A stretch of DNA of 64,000 nt from a virus: IMG/VR virus record IMGVR_UViG_3300008121_000011; one strand, 5' to 3'. The position numbers and the translations under genes are program-made. The notes under the pieces are model-generated. The model saw only the letters and a program-made list of their open reading frames with translations, did not search any database and was not told the DNA's origin. Positions within the stretch are counted from its first letter, which is position 1. Every line of letters starts with the position of its first letter. Of this stretch, positions 1-8,506 are shown piece after piece.

Positions 1-120
1 CCTACAAAATTCAACCATCTGAAATTGTTGTTTGGGTAGGGAATGAATAACAGCCGCATAAGCTAAAATCATGAAGCAAGGTTAAACCCTATTATTAGCG
101 TTGAGTCAGCCCCTTGCAAC

Positions 121-153
121 AAAAAAGCCGATCGCTTGTTGGTCGGCTTTTTT
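121..153. terminator. Bidirectional rho-independent terminator hairpin
   Basis: A6-GCCGATC-(loop GCTTGTT)-GGTCGGC-T6: a 7-bp stem with one G.U pair, flanked by an A-run and a T-run. It lies about 270 nt downstream of the tape-measure stop on the minus strand. Confidence 0.6.
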
Positions 154-223
154 GTTGCGTAATCTCCTATACAAAATCCTGCGAGATACTTGCAATAATT
201 AACCAACCTATCAAAACAAGACT

Positions 224-424
224 ATGCAAGTTTGCGATATTTGCGGCGCTGAAGAGACTAATGGTAATATCTCCTTATCAGCCGACCGCAATCGGCATAT
301 ATCTGTATCTAACAAGGACTTGCATTATACAAGGTGTTGCCAGATCGCTATCAGCCGAGGGCGCAAAGGTTGTTTGAATAGATTAGGAAAAGTTATAGAT
401 CTTTCTACTCTGTTTAGTGTTTAG
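224..424 (+). CDS. Hypothetical small Cys-containing protein (66 aa)
   Basis: ATG-initiated ORF (MQVCDICGAEE...) convergent with the tape-measure gene. No recognisable family; may be non-coding. Confidence 0.2.
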   Translation: MQVCDICGAEETNGNISLSADRNRHISVSNKDLHYTRCCQIAISRGRKGCLNRLGKVIDLSTLFSV

Positions 425-425
425 A

Positions 426-3400
426 TTACAAACTCAACGCCGCCGCCCGTTGCATCTCTCTCTGAATCTGTAAAGCAATCTCTGTAGCATTACCACTACC
501 AGTCGTCACGTTTACGTTATAGGTTTTATTGCCTCCTGAATTATTAAGCACGTTCTTGGTTTGATTTGCAGGTAGGACATTAGAGCCTCTAGGCAATGTC
601 ACAAGCTCAGCACCTCGTTCTCCTACCAATGCCATACCGCCGCGGAAGTTTGTAACACCACTAGCAAAAGCAGGAACTTTGCCTACCCCTACAGCGCCGC
701 TAAGTGGTGAAGCCCCTTTGGCGACTGATAGAGCGCTGATAATTTGCTGTGCAGACTTACCAAGGATTTGTTGTATCTCAATCGCAGACGCTTTATCTAG
801 CGCCCTTTGTTGCTCTTTAAATACTCTCTCACGTTCGATTTTCTGATCCTCAAACGCCCGATCAAGCGCTAGCTCTTTCTCTTTTTGAGCTAACTTAATC
901 GTCTCTAGCTCAGCATCAGCAGCTTTCCTGAGTTCTAAATCTTCATTAGTTTGCTGTAGTTTTAAAGCACGTTCTTCATCGGCTTGCTGCTTTTTAATTG
1001 CTGCAAGTTCACCTCTCTCGAAAGCTAATTTACTAGCCTGTAATTCAGCTTCGATTTTTTGTTTTTCAGGTTTGAGTACAGTGTTCTCAAAAGCCAACTT
1101 AGCAGCGTTTTGCTCAGCATCAAAAGCCAACTTAGCAGCGTTTAATTCAGCTTCAAAAGCCTTGTCACTAGCTCTCTTGACCTCAGTGCGCTTTACATCT
1201 TCAGCTTTATCGATTTCAAGCTGCTTGGCTTTGTTGGCTTTCTCCAATTCGTCTAAGGCAAGCTGTACTTTTTTCTGCTCTTCACCCGTAGCGATCGCGG
1301 ATACTTGAGCTATTTGCTTGGCTTGAGCAACTAACTGTTCTTGGCTTTGTACTCCGCCCTGTCCTTGGGTCGCTGCTTGTGCTCTAATGCGTTCTTCTTC
1401 TTCGATTTGCGCCGCAATCCTAGCCCGATCTTCGGGCTTGGTAGTGGCGATCGCACCCTCATTACTGATTAATTGCTTAGCTTTTGACAAAGCCTCAGAC
1501 GCTTGTTTGTCACGTTGAGCGCGTTGCGCTGCAAACAACTCATCATCTTTGCGTTGCTTTTCTGCCCTCTGTTCCTTAAGTGCATTTTGCTTATCGTCAA
1601 AATCCTGCTTGAGTTTGTTTAGTTTCTCCTCGTTTGCACGTTTCTTGGCATCAAGAGCATCCTCAAGTTGTAGTTTTTTGGCATTCTGAGTGTCGTCAAA
1701 TGCGCGTTGCTTATCTTGTAAAGCTAGGGTTTGCTTTTCCTTTAGTGCCTCTGTTTCTAGCGCTTGCTTGCGATCTAGCTCACCTTTTGCGAGTGCATTT
1801 TTTTCTTCAATTGCTTTGATTGCATTGGCATTCTCACGATCTCGTTTGGCTTTGGTGTCTTCAAAGGATCGCTTGATATTTTTTTCTGCGTCTTGGTTTT
1901 GGGCTTCCCTGATTCTTTCAGCTTGCTTGCGTTGTTCATCGATCGCTGATGCTTCCTCTGCTGCTGTACTATTTACCGCAGCAATTCGATCTTCTAAAAG
2001 TTTTTTGCGTTTGGAGAATATTGCAATCTCATTGTTTAGAAGTTTTTGTAAAGCAGGGTTATCAGAAGCGCCTTGAGCTTGCGCTTTCAAGGAATTAATA
2101 GCTAAATCAATATTTTCAACCTGCTCCTTAGTTTCTTTATTAAATTTCGCTACTCCTTCGGCACCTAATCTATTTTTAGCCCCTGTAGCGTCAATGGCTA
2201 CACCGTATTTACTCAATACGTTGAGTGATTCGTCGAGGGCTTTGGTATATTCCTTTTGATTTTCAGCAAATACAATTACTTCTTTTTGTCGCCCCCTTTG
2301 CGCCCCAAAAATATCAAAGGTTGCGCCTTGCCTTCCTAGCCCGTCATCAGTGGTTTGTTCAGGCGGCGCTAACTTACCTCGTTGCGCTTGTAATTCTGCT
2401 AATTTTTGCTTGTAATCCTGCAAGCTTTTTGTCGATTCCGAAACATTAAAAGCTGATGATAATTGCTTACCTACTGCAATTAGTGGAATCGCAGCAATAG
2501 CAATTAACCCCAATGGCGTTGTCAGTGCATACGCCGCTACACTAGCAGCCGTGAGCGCACCTGTTAGCACTCCCGTACCTACAGCAAGTGCCCCTTGAGC
2601 GATCGCCGCTAATCCCGCTTTAGTGGTTAGCAGTGTAAAGGCATTACTAGCTAGGGTAGTCGCAAAGGTGAGGGCATTAGCACCAAAAGCTGCAATACCA
2701 GCCGCCCCACCAAATAACTTTAACCCCCCAACAAAAGCTGGAGCTGCCGCGCCGATCGCTGTAAGAGCCGCACCTAATGTAGCAATACCGCCAGTTAGTC
2801 CAATAATCGCGCCTAAACCTACTTGAATTGGTGCAGGTAATTGGTTGAATACGTCAACAGCCGCGCCTACAACCGCTATTAATGGCGCAAATGCTGTTTG
2901 TGTACCACGTCCTAAATTTACTAAAGCTTCATTGATTTTGTTGATTGCTGTTGTTATTGTCCCTTCAGCAGATTTAGCAACAACATCAAAACCAGTTTGC
3001 GCTTTGCCCGAAGCATTGCCAACAGCTACTAGATTCTCATTAAAGTTCTTAAGGTCGTCGTTAAGTAAAGGGACAACAGCAGTTAAACCATCAATATCTG
3101 TAAAGATTTTAGATAGCTGACTACTGGTGGTTAGGCCAGCCGCTTTTAATCGATTGAGTACACCTGTTAATCCTTCAGTTTTAAGCGTTGTAGCAGCGTT
3201 AGTGATCCCAATAGCCTCCAACACTTTTTGTGCGGATTGCGTGGGCTTGACCAAGTTGACAATCGCCTGTCTAATACCACTAACCGCAGTCTCGGTTTTA
3301 ACGCCTTTAATCGTAACGCTTGCTATGGCAGCGTTTAACTCGTTTAGTGTTACGCCCGCACTTGCAGCAATTGGCGCAACTTTACCAAGCTGACCAGCAA

Positions 3401-3977
3401 ATAATCCGATTGTAGTTTTACCTTTATCTTGGACTACTGCTAATTGGTCTACTACCTTAGCAGCATCGCTAGCAGCTAAACCATAGGCATTCAAAATTGA
3501 GGTAGTTGCATCAGCTACCGTAGCTGTGTCAGTAAAACCAGCCTTAGCACCTAATACCGATACTCTGGCAATCTCTGATGCATCAGCAGCATTAATAAAT
3601 CCACTAGATAGAATTTCGTATTGTGCTGTTAATATTTCGGTGCTGGTTACTTGATTGTTTAAATCCTTTGATAGCTTGATAGCTGTATTAGCAAAAGCGT
3701 TAGATTGAGTAGATAATGTCGCTACTTTAGTTTTGGCAGTATCAAAAGCCAAAAAAGCTTGATTAGCAGCACTAGAAACTTGATTGAAAGTAGTACCAAT
3801 CCGTTCTAATGTCTGCGATGTGTTTTGTAATTGCTCAGCTAAATCTCTAGCTTTCTCAGTAGTTGCACCAATAAATTGATTAAAAGTTACAGGGCTAGCA
3901 TCTTCAAATCCTTTTCCGATTTTTTCTAGATTGAGTTTATTGATTTCGCTGTAGTTTTTTGAGCGAAGCTTCAGCAA
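426..3977 (-). CDS. Tail tape measure protein
   Basis: 1183-aa ORF with a central Gly/Ala-rich hydrophobic segment (GAALTAIGAAAPAFVGGLKLFGGAAGIAAFGA). More than 500 aa of A/E/K/Q coiled coil follow, with internal repeats (AAKLAFD twice). The C-terminal 'GMALVGERGAELVTLPRGSNVLP' is typical of phage TMPs. It lies directly downstream of the G/GT chaperone pair. The annotated start is TTG (see 3937-4116). Confidence 0.9.
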   Translation of the reverse strand: MLKLRSKNYSEINKLNLEKIGKGFEDASPVTFNQFIGATTEKARDLAEQLQNTSQTLERIGTTFNQVSSAANQAFLAFDTAKTKVATLSTQSNAFANTAIKLSKDLNNQVTSTEILTAQYEILSSGFINAADASEIARVSVLGAKAGFTDTATVADATTSILNAYGLAASDAAKVVDQLAVVQDKGKTTIGLFAGQLGKVAPIAASAGVTLNELNAAIASVTIKGVKTETAVSGIRQAIVNLVKPTQSAQKVLEAIGITNAATTLKTEGLTGVLNRLKAAGLTTSSQLSKIFTDIDGLTAVVPLLNDDLKNFNENLVAVGNASGKAQTGFDVVAKSAEGTITTAINKINEALVNLGRGTQTAFAPLIAVVGAAVDVFNQLPAPIQVGLGAIIGLTGGIATLGAALTAIGAAAPAFVGGLKLFGGAAGIAAFGANALTFATTLASNAFTLLTTKAGLAAIAQGALAVGTGVLTGALTAASVAAYALTTPLGLIAIAAIPLIAVGKQLSSAFNVSESTKSLQDYKQKLAELQAQRGKLAPPEQTTDDGLGRQGATFDIFGAQRGRQKEVIVFAENQKEYTKALDESLNVLSKYGVAIDATGAKNRLGAEGVAKFNKETKEQVENIDLAINSLKAQAQGASDNPALQKLLNNEIAIFSKRKKLLEDRIAAVNSTAAEEASAIDEQRKQAERIREAQNQDAEKNIKRSFEDTKAKRDRENANAIKAIEEKNALAKGELDRKQALETEALKEKQTLALQDKQRAFDDTQNAKKLQLEDALDAKKRANEEKLNKLKQDFDDKQNALKEQRAEKQRKDDELFAAQRAQRDKQASEALSKAKQLISNEGAIATTKPEDRARIAAQIEEEERIRAQAATQGQGGVQSQEQLVAQAKQIAQVSAIATGEEQKKVQLALDELEKANKAKQLEIDKAEDVKRTEVKRASDKAFEAELNAAKLAFDAEQNAAKLAFENTVLKPEKQKIEAELQASKLAFERGELAAIKKQQADEERALKLQQTNEDLELRKAADAELETIKLAQKEKELALDRAFEDQKIERERVFKEQQRALDKASAIEIQQILGKSAQQIISALSVAKGASPLSGAVGVGKVPAFASGVTNFRGGMALVGERGAELVTLPRGSNVLPANQTKNVLNNSGGNKTYNVNVTTGSGNATEIALQIQREMQRAAALSL

Positions 3978-4116
3978 TTTTTGCTGATTCCGCGCCGCCC
4001 AAATTTAAGACAGGTGCTTTGATATTACCGATCGCAGATTGCAAAGTTTTGATGTCACTGATCGCCTTGTCGATGCCATCAAAACTTACTCTAATTGCGT
4101 AATTCTCATCAGCCAT
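3937..4116 (-). CDS. 59-aa ORF, probable N-terminal segment of the tape measure (offset by +1 frame)
   Basis: The ATG at 4116 lies 3 nt after the GT stop (TAGATATG). It translates as MADENYAIRVSFDGIDKAISDIKTLQSAIGNIKAPVLNLGGAESAKIAEASLKKLQRNQ*. It overlaps the TTG start of the 1183-aa ORF, and the frames differ by +1 around the run CTCAAAAAACTAC. Confidence 0.4.
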   Translation of the reverse strand: MADENYAIRVSFDGIDKAISDIKTLQSAIGNIKAPVLNLGGAESAKIAEASLKKLQRNQ

Positions 4117-4118
4117 AT

Positions 4119-4867
4119 CTAGTCACCCGCTAATAATTCAATCGTCTCGTAATCGCAAATTTCTACAACCCAATTCGGGATCTTGCCTTTCTTAAACAGC
4201 AAAGCAAACTTCTTGGCAAAGGTTACAGACATCCGTTTTTTGGCTTGCATTCTACGCAATGCTTGCAGTGAAGGGGTAAGCGATCTAAAGGCTTTCTCAC
4301 GGTCTTTAAAATCACCAGTAGCTAGGGTATTCCGCGCCGCAATCACCTCTAGTTCAGCCGATCGCTGTAACTCTTGCTCGTTAATATAAGCAAGATATTG
4401 CCTAATTACGCTGATTCGAGTAGACCCGAAATCTCCACTAAATTTGTCTCGGAATCTTGATCCTGTGAGTTTGAGGTAGATTTGATTCCACTCTTCCTCG
4501 ATGTCTTTAACGGTACGGTTGGACTTCCGTCCTTTCCCTCAGTCACGAGTTCATCAAGTTCATAGTTTTCAGTAATTCCCTCGCGTTCAGATACAAAAGT
4601 TAGCCACAAAGCCTCGATCAAAAGTATTGACTTTTTGAGTTGTGCTGTAATTTCTTCACGGCTTACAGATAATCGCACTGCCAACCATGCCGATACCTGT
4701 ACGATTTTCCACTCAGTATTGGCACTGGTCGAGCTTAAATCAATAGCGATCGCTTTATCGACTGCAATCGCTTCATCTACGGTTAATTCCCCTAGTAAAG
4801 GAATTTCAACACCAAAAACGGTTTTAGATTTAAAGGGAGGCTTTTGCTCAATCTCAAAAATTAGCAT
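4119..4867 (-). CDS. Tail assembly chaperone GT-like fusion made by -1 programmed frameshift (about 249 aa)
   Basis: The -1 frame relative to gpG is open from 4538 down to the stop at 4119. The track ORF 4119-4346 is its 3' part. Slip at G GGA AAG (4532-4538) or A AAT TTA (4439-4445) fuses the two frames. Confidence 0.5.
4406..4867 (-). CDS. Tail assembly chaperone (gpG-like)
   Basis: 153-aa acidic ORF between the putative tail tube and the tape measure. It contains in-phase slippery heptamers, and the overlapping -1 frame is open. Confidence 0.6.
   Translation of the reverse strand: MLIFEIEQKPPFKSKTVFGVEIPLLGELTVDEAIAVDKAIAIDLSSTSANTEWKIVQVSAWLAVRLSVSREEITAQLKKSILLIEALWLTFVSEREGITENYELDELVTEGKDGSPTVPLKTSRKSGIKSTSNSQDQDSETNLVEISGLLESA
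4532..4538 (-). other. -1 frameshift slippery heptamer GGGAAAG
   Basis: The plus strand reads ctttccc. On the minus strand this is G GGA AAG in the X XXY YYZ phase of the gpG-like frame, identical to the lambda G/GT slip sequence. A second in-phase heptamer, A AAT TTA, lies at 4439-4445. Confidence 0.5.
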
Positions 4868-5073
4868 ATTTGCAAAGTGATATTTTGATGTGTATTAATA
4901 TCGGTCTTTGGGATTAATACAGTGGCAACCAAAACGCGATCGCCGCTGTATAAATCCACTTTTGTTTCTTGCGTAAACTCTTCCCTTAGATAAAGCATTT
5001 CGGCAATAAGCTGCGATCCGTTTATGGTGCAGCCTATTGCGTATGCTTTAGGAGAGATTAGAAAGTCATGCAT
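4861..5073 (-). CDS. Hypothetical protein (70 aa), tail module
   Basis: Overlaps both neighbours by a few nt, suggesting translational coupling. No motif recognised. Confidence 0.4.
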   Translation of the reverse strand: MHDFLISPKAYAIGCTINGSQLIAEMLYLREEFTQETKVDLYSGDRVLVATVLIPKTDINTHQNITLQIC

Positions 5074-5852
5074 TAGGTGACAACAGCGGGATCTGTGAAT
5101 ACACTACCGTTGGCCTTGAAAGGTAAGCTTTGCTTGCTAATCGCTCCAGCCTGTACGTCAATAGTCTGGTCTGTGCAATAGCAGATAGCACGGCGAACCA
5201 ATCCCGAAGTATAACCAGCCGCAGGGGGCGGAGTAGTGACAACTACCCACATATAATTCCCTGGGGTTGAAATCACGGTAGTGCCATCGATCGCAGTTGC
5301 GCCGATCGTCAAGTTGGCTACGGTAGTTAGCCCAGCATCGATAGAACTAAACGCACCATCACAGCTAAATTCACCCGCGCCACTAACGATTTGACCTTGA
5401 TCGAATAAAGTGCTATCAAAGGTTCGCAACTGTTCATCAGCGAGGGTTACTGTACCTGTAGCTGTTGAACGCGCTCCAAGGGGAATAAAATTAGAGCTGG
5501 TGCTGTTGATCGGTATTGCAAGATGATTTGCGTCTAATGCAATTGAGCCAGTGGCAGTGTACGGCCCCGACCCAGTGCTTAACGCCGTGCTGACAGCAGT
5601 TGTAACCGTTGCGCTAACTACGTTTCCAGTTACTGGATCGGTAAATGGCAGACAAGTTCCAGCAGGGATCTTAATGGTTTGCCCAGCCGTTGCAACGCTA
5701 TAAGATACTGCAACAGTGACAGCGTTTTTAGTAGCAGCCGTGGTAACGGTAATCGCAATGCGCTTAGGGTAATTAGTATCACCTTTACCTAAAGGCACGA
5801 TCTCAACTTTAGCGCCATTACCCGTTTCAAATGTCGTGAGATTCTCACCCAT
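5073..5852 (-). CDS. Putative major tail (tube) protein
   Basis: 259-aa Thr/Val/Ala/Gly-rich beta-type ORF. Its position immediately upstream of the chaperone pair and TMP follows canonical siphovirus synteny. No diagnostic motif. Confidence 0.45.
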   Translation of the reverse strand: MGENLTTFETGNGAKVEIVPLGKGDTNYPKRIAITVTTAATKNAVTVAVSYSVATAGQTIKIPAGTCLPFTDPVTGNVVSATVTTAVSTALSTGSGPYTATGSIALDANHLAIPINSTSSNFIPLGARSTATGTVTLADEQLRTFDSTLFDQGQIVSGAGEFSCDGAFSSIDAGLTTVANLTIGATAIDGTTVISTPGNYMWVVVTTPPPAAGYTSGLVRRAICYCTDQTIDVQAGAISKQSLPFKANGSVFTDPAVVT

Positions 5853-5901
5853 GATTTTAATCCTAGATACTTTACCCTCTAGGATTGCATCAATAAATAG
5901 C

Positions 5902-5943
5902 TATAATATTGAGTACGGACTGTTTACGGACTAACTACGGACT
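5902..5943 (+). promoter_or_regulatory. Candidate promoter -10 box (TATAAT) followed by three phased TACGGACT repeats
   Basis: TATAAT lies at 5902-5907. TACGGACT occurs at 5914-5921, 5925-5932 and 5936-5943 (11-bp period), directly upstream of the ATG at 5952. Confidence 0.35.
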
Positions 5944-5951
5944 GAGATTTT

Positions 5952-6158
5952 ATGGCTGAAAGTTTAAGCAAGTTTTATCAATTAAAAGACGATGCGCAAC
6001 AAGCTTTTTTGTTTTGCGATCAAGTTATGGCGGCGCTTGGCAATCCTGATAATGCGATCGCCAAGATCAAAGAATTATCAGAGCAATCACAACTACTAAG
6101 CGAGATTGGCGACATTCTAAGAATGGCTAATGCACAATGCTTTGACCATCGCAGATGA
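5952..6158 (+). CDS. Hypothetical protein carrying an 'AIAKIKEL' repeat (68 aa), possibly the 5' part of a 380-codon gene
   Basis: Contains the motif LGNPDNAIAKIKELSEQ. It ends at TGA 6156-6158, which is in the same frame as ORF 6243-7094 with no other stop between them. Confidence 0.5.
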   Translation: MAESLSKFYQLKDDAQQAFLFCDQVMAALGNPDNAIAKIKELSEQSQLLSEIGDILRMANAQCFDHRR

Positions 6159-6242
6159 TTCCGAGGATTATGCGACATTCACGCAGCTCTTTTTAAAAAG
6201 CGTAGTGAGTATGAGATTTATGGCAGTCGCATTATTAATGAT

Positions 6243-7094
6243 TTGCTAAACTCAGTAGACCTACAAGCCCAAAAGCAAGCCTATGATCAGGAAGAAATCA
6301 AGAGGATAGACAAGGCAGAAAGAGAATCTTTTGATTCGTTGCGAGAATTGTATTTTGCGATCGCTGAAATGTTAGGTGTAAATAACGACAAGGAGATGAT
6401 CGCCAAAATCAAAGAGTTAGCCGAAATTAAAGCGGAAATAGCTTTAGGGAATATTGGCGTACTTTCTAATTTATCTTACGAGTTTCGCAGTCAGATCAAA
6501 CAAGCGCTATATAAAGGAGTCAGGAAAGACAAATATCCGTCTATTGATGAGTTCCCTGACGATGACGCTATCAGCTTTGCAGGGCATTTAATAGATCGTC
6601 ACAAACACTGGGAGCGCGATCATGAGTTTACTCAATTTGCGCTTGAGGTTAAACAGCTTTTAATTGATTCAGTTGGTAAAGATATTAGCAATGAAGAGGC
6701 GATCGCTGAGATTAAGCGCTTGCAAGCCAATCAAAACAGATTTGATTCTGCAACTTACGATCCTTTTCAAGATAAATACAAACTTGAAAATATAGAACAT
6801 GCCATTAGCTTTCGCGCTACAGCAGCGTCATATTTGGGCTGTTCCTATGACAGGAATGAAGCGATCGCCAAGATTGAACAACTTACAGGAGACAAGGATC
6901 GCGAAATTGAGCGTCTAAATCGCTGTATATCTGGTATTGCCTCGTTTTTGGACTTGCCTAGTGATGCCAAGCAACCTGATATCTGCTTTGCAATCATGGA
7001 GCTAAGGCAGAAATACAAAAAGATTAGTCGAGAGCCTTCATCATATGAGCAGATCGTCATAGTTGATTGGATCGCCCGTCTCGTTGGTAAGTAA
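6243..7094 (+). CDS. Repeat protein with an 'LG..N.EAIAKIKEL' motif three times (283 aa)
   Basis: The motifs are EMIAKIKELAEIK, EAIAEIKRLQAN and EAIAKIEQLTGD. The listed start is TTG, and the frame is continuous with 5952-6158 across a single TGA. Confidence 0.55.
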   Translation: MLNSVDLQAQKQAYDQEEIKRIDKAERESFDSLRELYFAIAEMLGVNNDKEMIAKIKELAEIKAEIALGNIGVLSNLSYEFRSQIKQALYKGVRKDKYPSIDEFPDDDAISFAGHLIDRHKHWERDHEFTQFALEVKQLLIDSVGKDISNEEAIAEIKRLQANQNRFDSATYDPFQDKYKLENIEHAISFRATAASYLGCSYDRNEAIAKIEQLTGDKDREIERLNRCISGIASFLDLPSDAKQPDICFAIMELRQKYKKISREPSSYEQIVIVDWIARLVGK

Positions 7095-7096
7095 GC

Positions 7097-7315
7097 ATGG
7101 AAGAAGGTAAATCAATAGAAATAAAAATCGTCATCACATCTGCTTTTCTTGCAGAGCTTAATAAACTTATGCCAGATTGCGAGAAGGGCAAGGGATATCG
7201 CACTGAGATAATCTATTTTTTTATCAGAGAAGGTTATCTTGCAACTAAAAATAAATCACAGCAAGAGCCGCGCCCGAATCATGGCAGTAATCGCGATTAT
7301 TTAAGGAGAAACTAA
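7097..7315 (+). CDS. Hypothetical protein (72 aa)
   Basis: ATG lies 3 nt after the upstream stop. No motif recognised. Confidence 0.4.
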   Translation: MEEGKSIEIKIVITSAFLAELNKLMPDCEKGKGYRTEIIYFFIREGYLATKNKSQQEPRPNHGSNRDYLRRN

Positions 7316-7549
7316 ATGGCTGAATCTACGGAAAGCATGGTAAACGTGAAAATCATTAGCGATGGTTTTGGCGGCATTGGCACAAAAGTTTTGTTAGAGG
7401 ATGGCACGTCAATCAAAGGTATAACAGCCGTAAGGATTAATCTTGAAGCAGGGAAAATCGTAAAAGCTGAACTTGATATATGCGTACATTCCCTCGAAAT
7501 ACAAGCACAGCTAGATTCTATTAATGTTCGCAAGATTAATATTGATTAA
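7316..7549 (+). CDS. Hypothetical protein (77 aa)
   Basis: ATG immediately follows the upstream stop, with the RBS-like sequence AAGGAGAAAC. No motif recognised. Confidence 0.45.
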   Translation: MAESTESMVNVKIISDGFGGIGTKVLLEDGTSIKGITAVRINLEAGKIVKAELDICVHSLEIQAQLDSINVRKINID

Positions 7550-7645
7550 ACAAAAAAACGATCGCCATCTAATTAACTCAGGACAGCGATCGCATTCAAG
7601 ACATAGTAAAGGAGTAAACACGCGGTCAAGCGATTTACACTGTGA

Positions 7646-7927
7646 TTATCGCATATTTCGTAAGCGTTCAATCAAAAGCAGATTACGAGCATTCTCAAGA
7701 TTAACCCGCTGCCTATTGTCTCTCACCTCACGCGATTCCGCTGGTCTCTCAACAGGCTTTTGCTTTTGCACTGTGATAATTTGTTGCACGCCTTTACCAG
7801 CTAAGTGATCGAGGTTGTAGACCACGCCGCGCCATTCAATAAAGTTGGCGGGGTAGTTGAGAGGTTCAATAGCGATCGCGGGGGATGGGATGGCGAAAAG
7901 TAGGAGGGGTAGTAGATATTTTTTCAT
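7646..7927 (-). CDS. Secreted/exported small protein (signal peptide)
   Basis: The N-terminus MKKYLLPLLLFAIPSPAIA has a Sec-type signal with an AxA site. Confidence 0.5.
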   Translation of the reverse strand: MKKYLLPLLLFAIPSPAIAIEPLNYPANFIEWRGVVYNLDHLAGKGVQQIITVQKQKPVERPAESREVRDNRQRVNLENARNLLLIERLRNMR

Positions 7928-7929
7928 GG

Positions 7930-8154
7930 TTAGTCCTGTGAATAATAAGCGGATTGGATAGCAAAATAGCCATCGCTTTGAAGTTTGCCTGATAGTTGAT
8001 GCTCTACAGGGATTTTGGCTAGGAATTTAACAGCTAAGTCATCAATATAAAAGTTGCCGTTATCATCGCCGTCCAAACTAATAACAGTTTTTGATCCGTG
8101 TTCTGGTTCGTGTCTTTTAAGCTCAGTAATAAGCTCAGACAATGTATATTTCAT
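7930..8154 (-). CDS. Hypothetical protein (74 aa)
   Basis: Its ATG overlaps the upstream stop (ATGA). Confidence 0.45.
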   Translation of the reverse strand: MKYTLSELITELKRHEPEHGSKTVISLDGDDNGNFYIDDLAVKFLAKIPVEHQLSGKLQSDGYFAIQSAYYSQD

Positions 8155-8306
8155 GCATTCACCCCTTTAAAACTTTTGAGTAAATCAGCTAATTTTGAGC
8201 ATTGCATAGCATCCTCAAACGAGATATCCATATCAAGTAAATCCAAACTATTTGAGCAGATATACTCACATTGCGAAAAGTAGGATGGGAGTAGGTATTT
8301 TTTCAT
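8151..8306 (-). CDS. Hypothetical protein (51 aa, below the ORF-track cutoff)
   Basis: Hand translation gives MKKYLLPSYFSQCEYICSNSLDLLDMDISFEDAMQCSKLADLLKSFKGVNA*. It has ATGA overlaps at both ends. Its first 7 codons are near-identical to those of ORF 7646-7927. Confidence 0.35.
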   Translation of the reverse strand: MKKYLLPSYFSQCEYICSNSLDLLDMDISFEDAMQCSKLADLLKSFKGVNA

Positions 8307-8506
8307 GATTTTTCCTTGCCAAGAAGAGCGGCAGCACGGGAAATTATATCAGCGCTTTTTCCGTAGGATATTACATAATTACGGAGTTCCTCAGCCCAAT
8401 AATCAACTCTTTTATTGTGAGCTTCAATGTTTGTAAGATCGTTTATCTTTAATTCTTGCAAACCGTCAATAATTTTTTCAACCGTGTAAAGAATACTTTT
8501 ACTCAT
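8303..8506 (-). CDS. Hypothetical protein (67 aa)
   Basis: ATGA-coupled to both neighbours. Confidence 0.45.
   Translation of the reverse strand: MSKSILYTVEKIIDGLQELKINDLTNIEAHNKRVDYWAEELRNYVISYGKSADIISRAAALLGKEKS

Noticed and set aside
114-377. 87-aa plus-strand ORF at the left edge
   Set aside because: It has a non-ATG start, spans the terminator hairpin at 121-153 and overlaps the other candidate ORF. It is most likely non-coding.
1072-3393. Plus-strand ORFs inside the tape measure gene (1072-1308, 1634-1819, 1690-2076, 2225-2449, 2623-2826, 2845-3120, 3127-3393)
   Set aside because: They are antisense to a well-supported 1183-aa gene. They have low-complexity Ser/Ala/Leu-rich translations typical of the reverse strand of coiled-coil or Ala-rich coding sequence.
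6156-6158. Genome-wide TGA stop-codon reassignment
   Set aside because: Many genes in the window terminate at TGA in ATGA overlaps (for example 34938-34940, 54374-54376, 8151-8153). Long structural ORFs are intact under the standard code. The in-frame TGA is therefore a local event.
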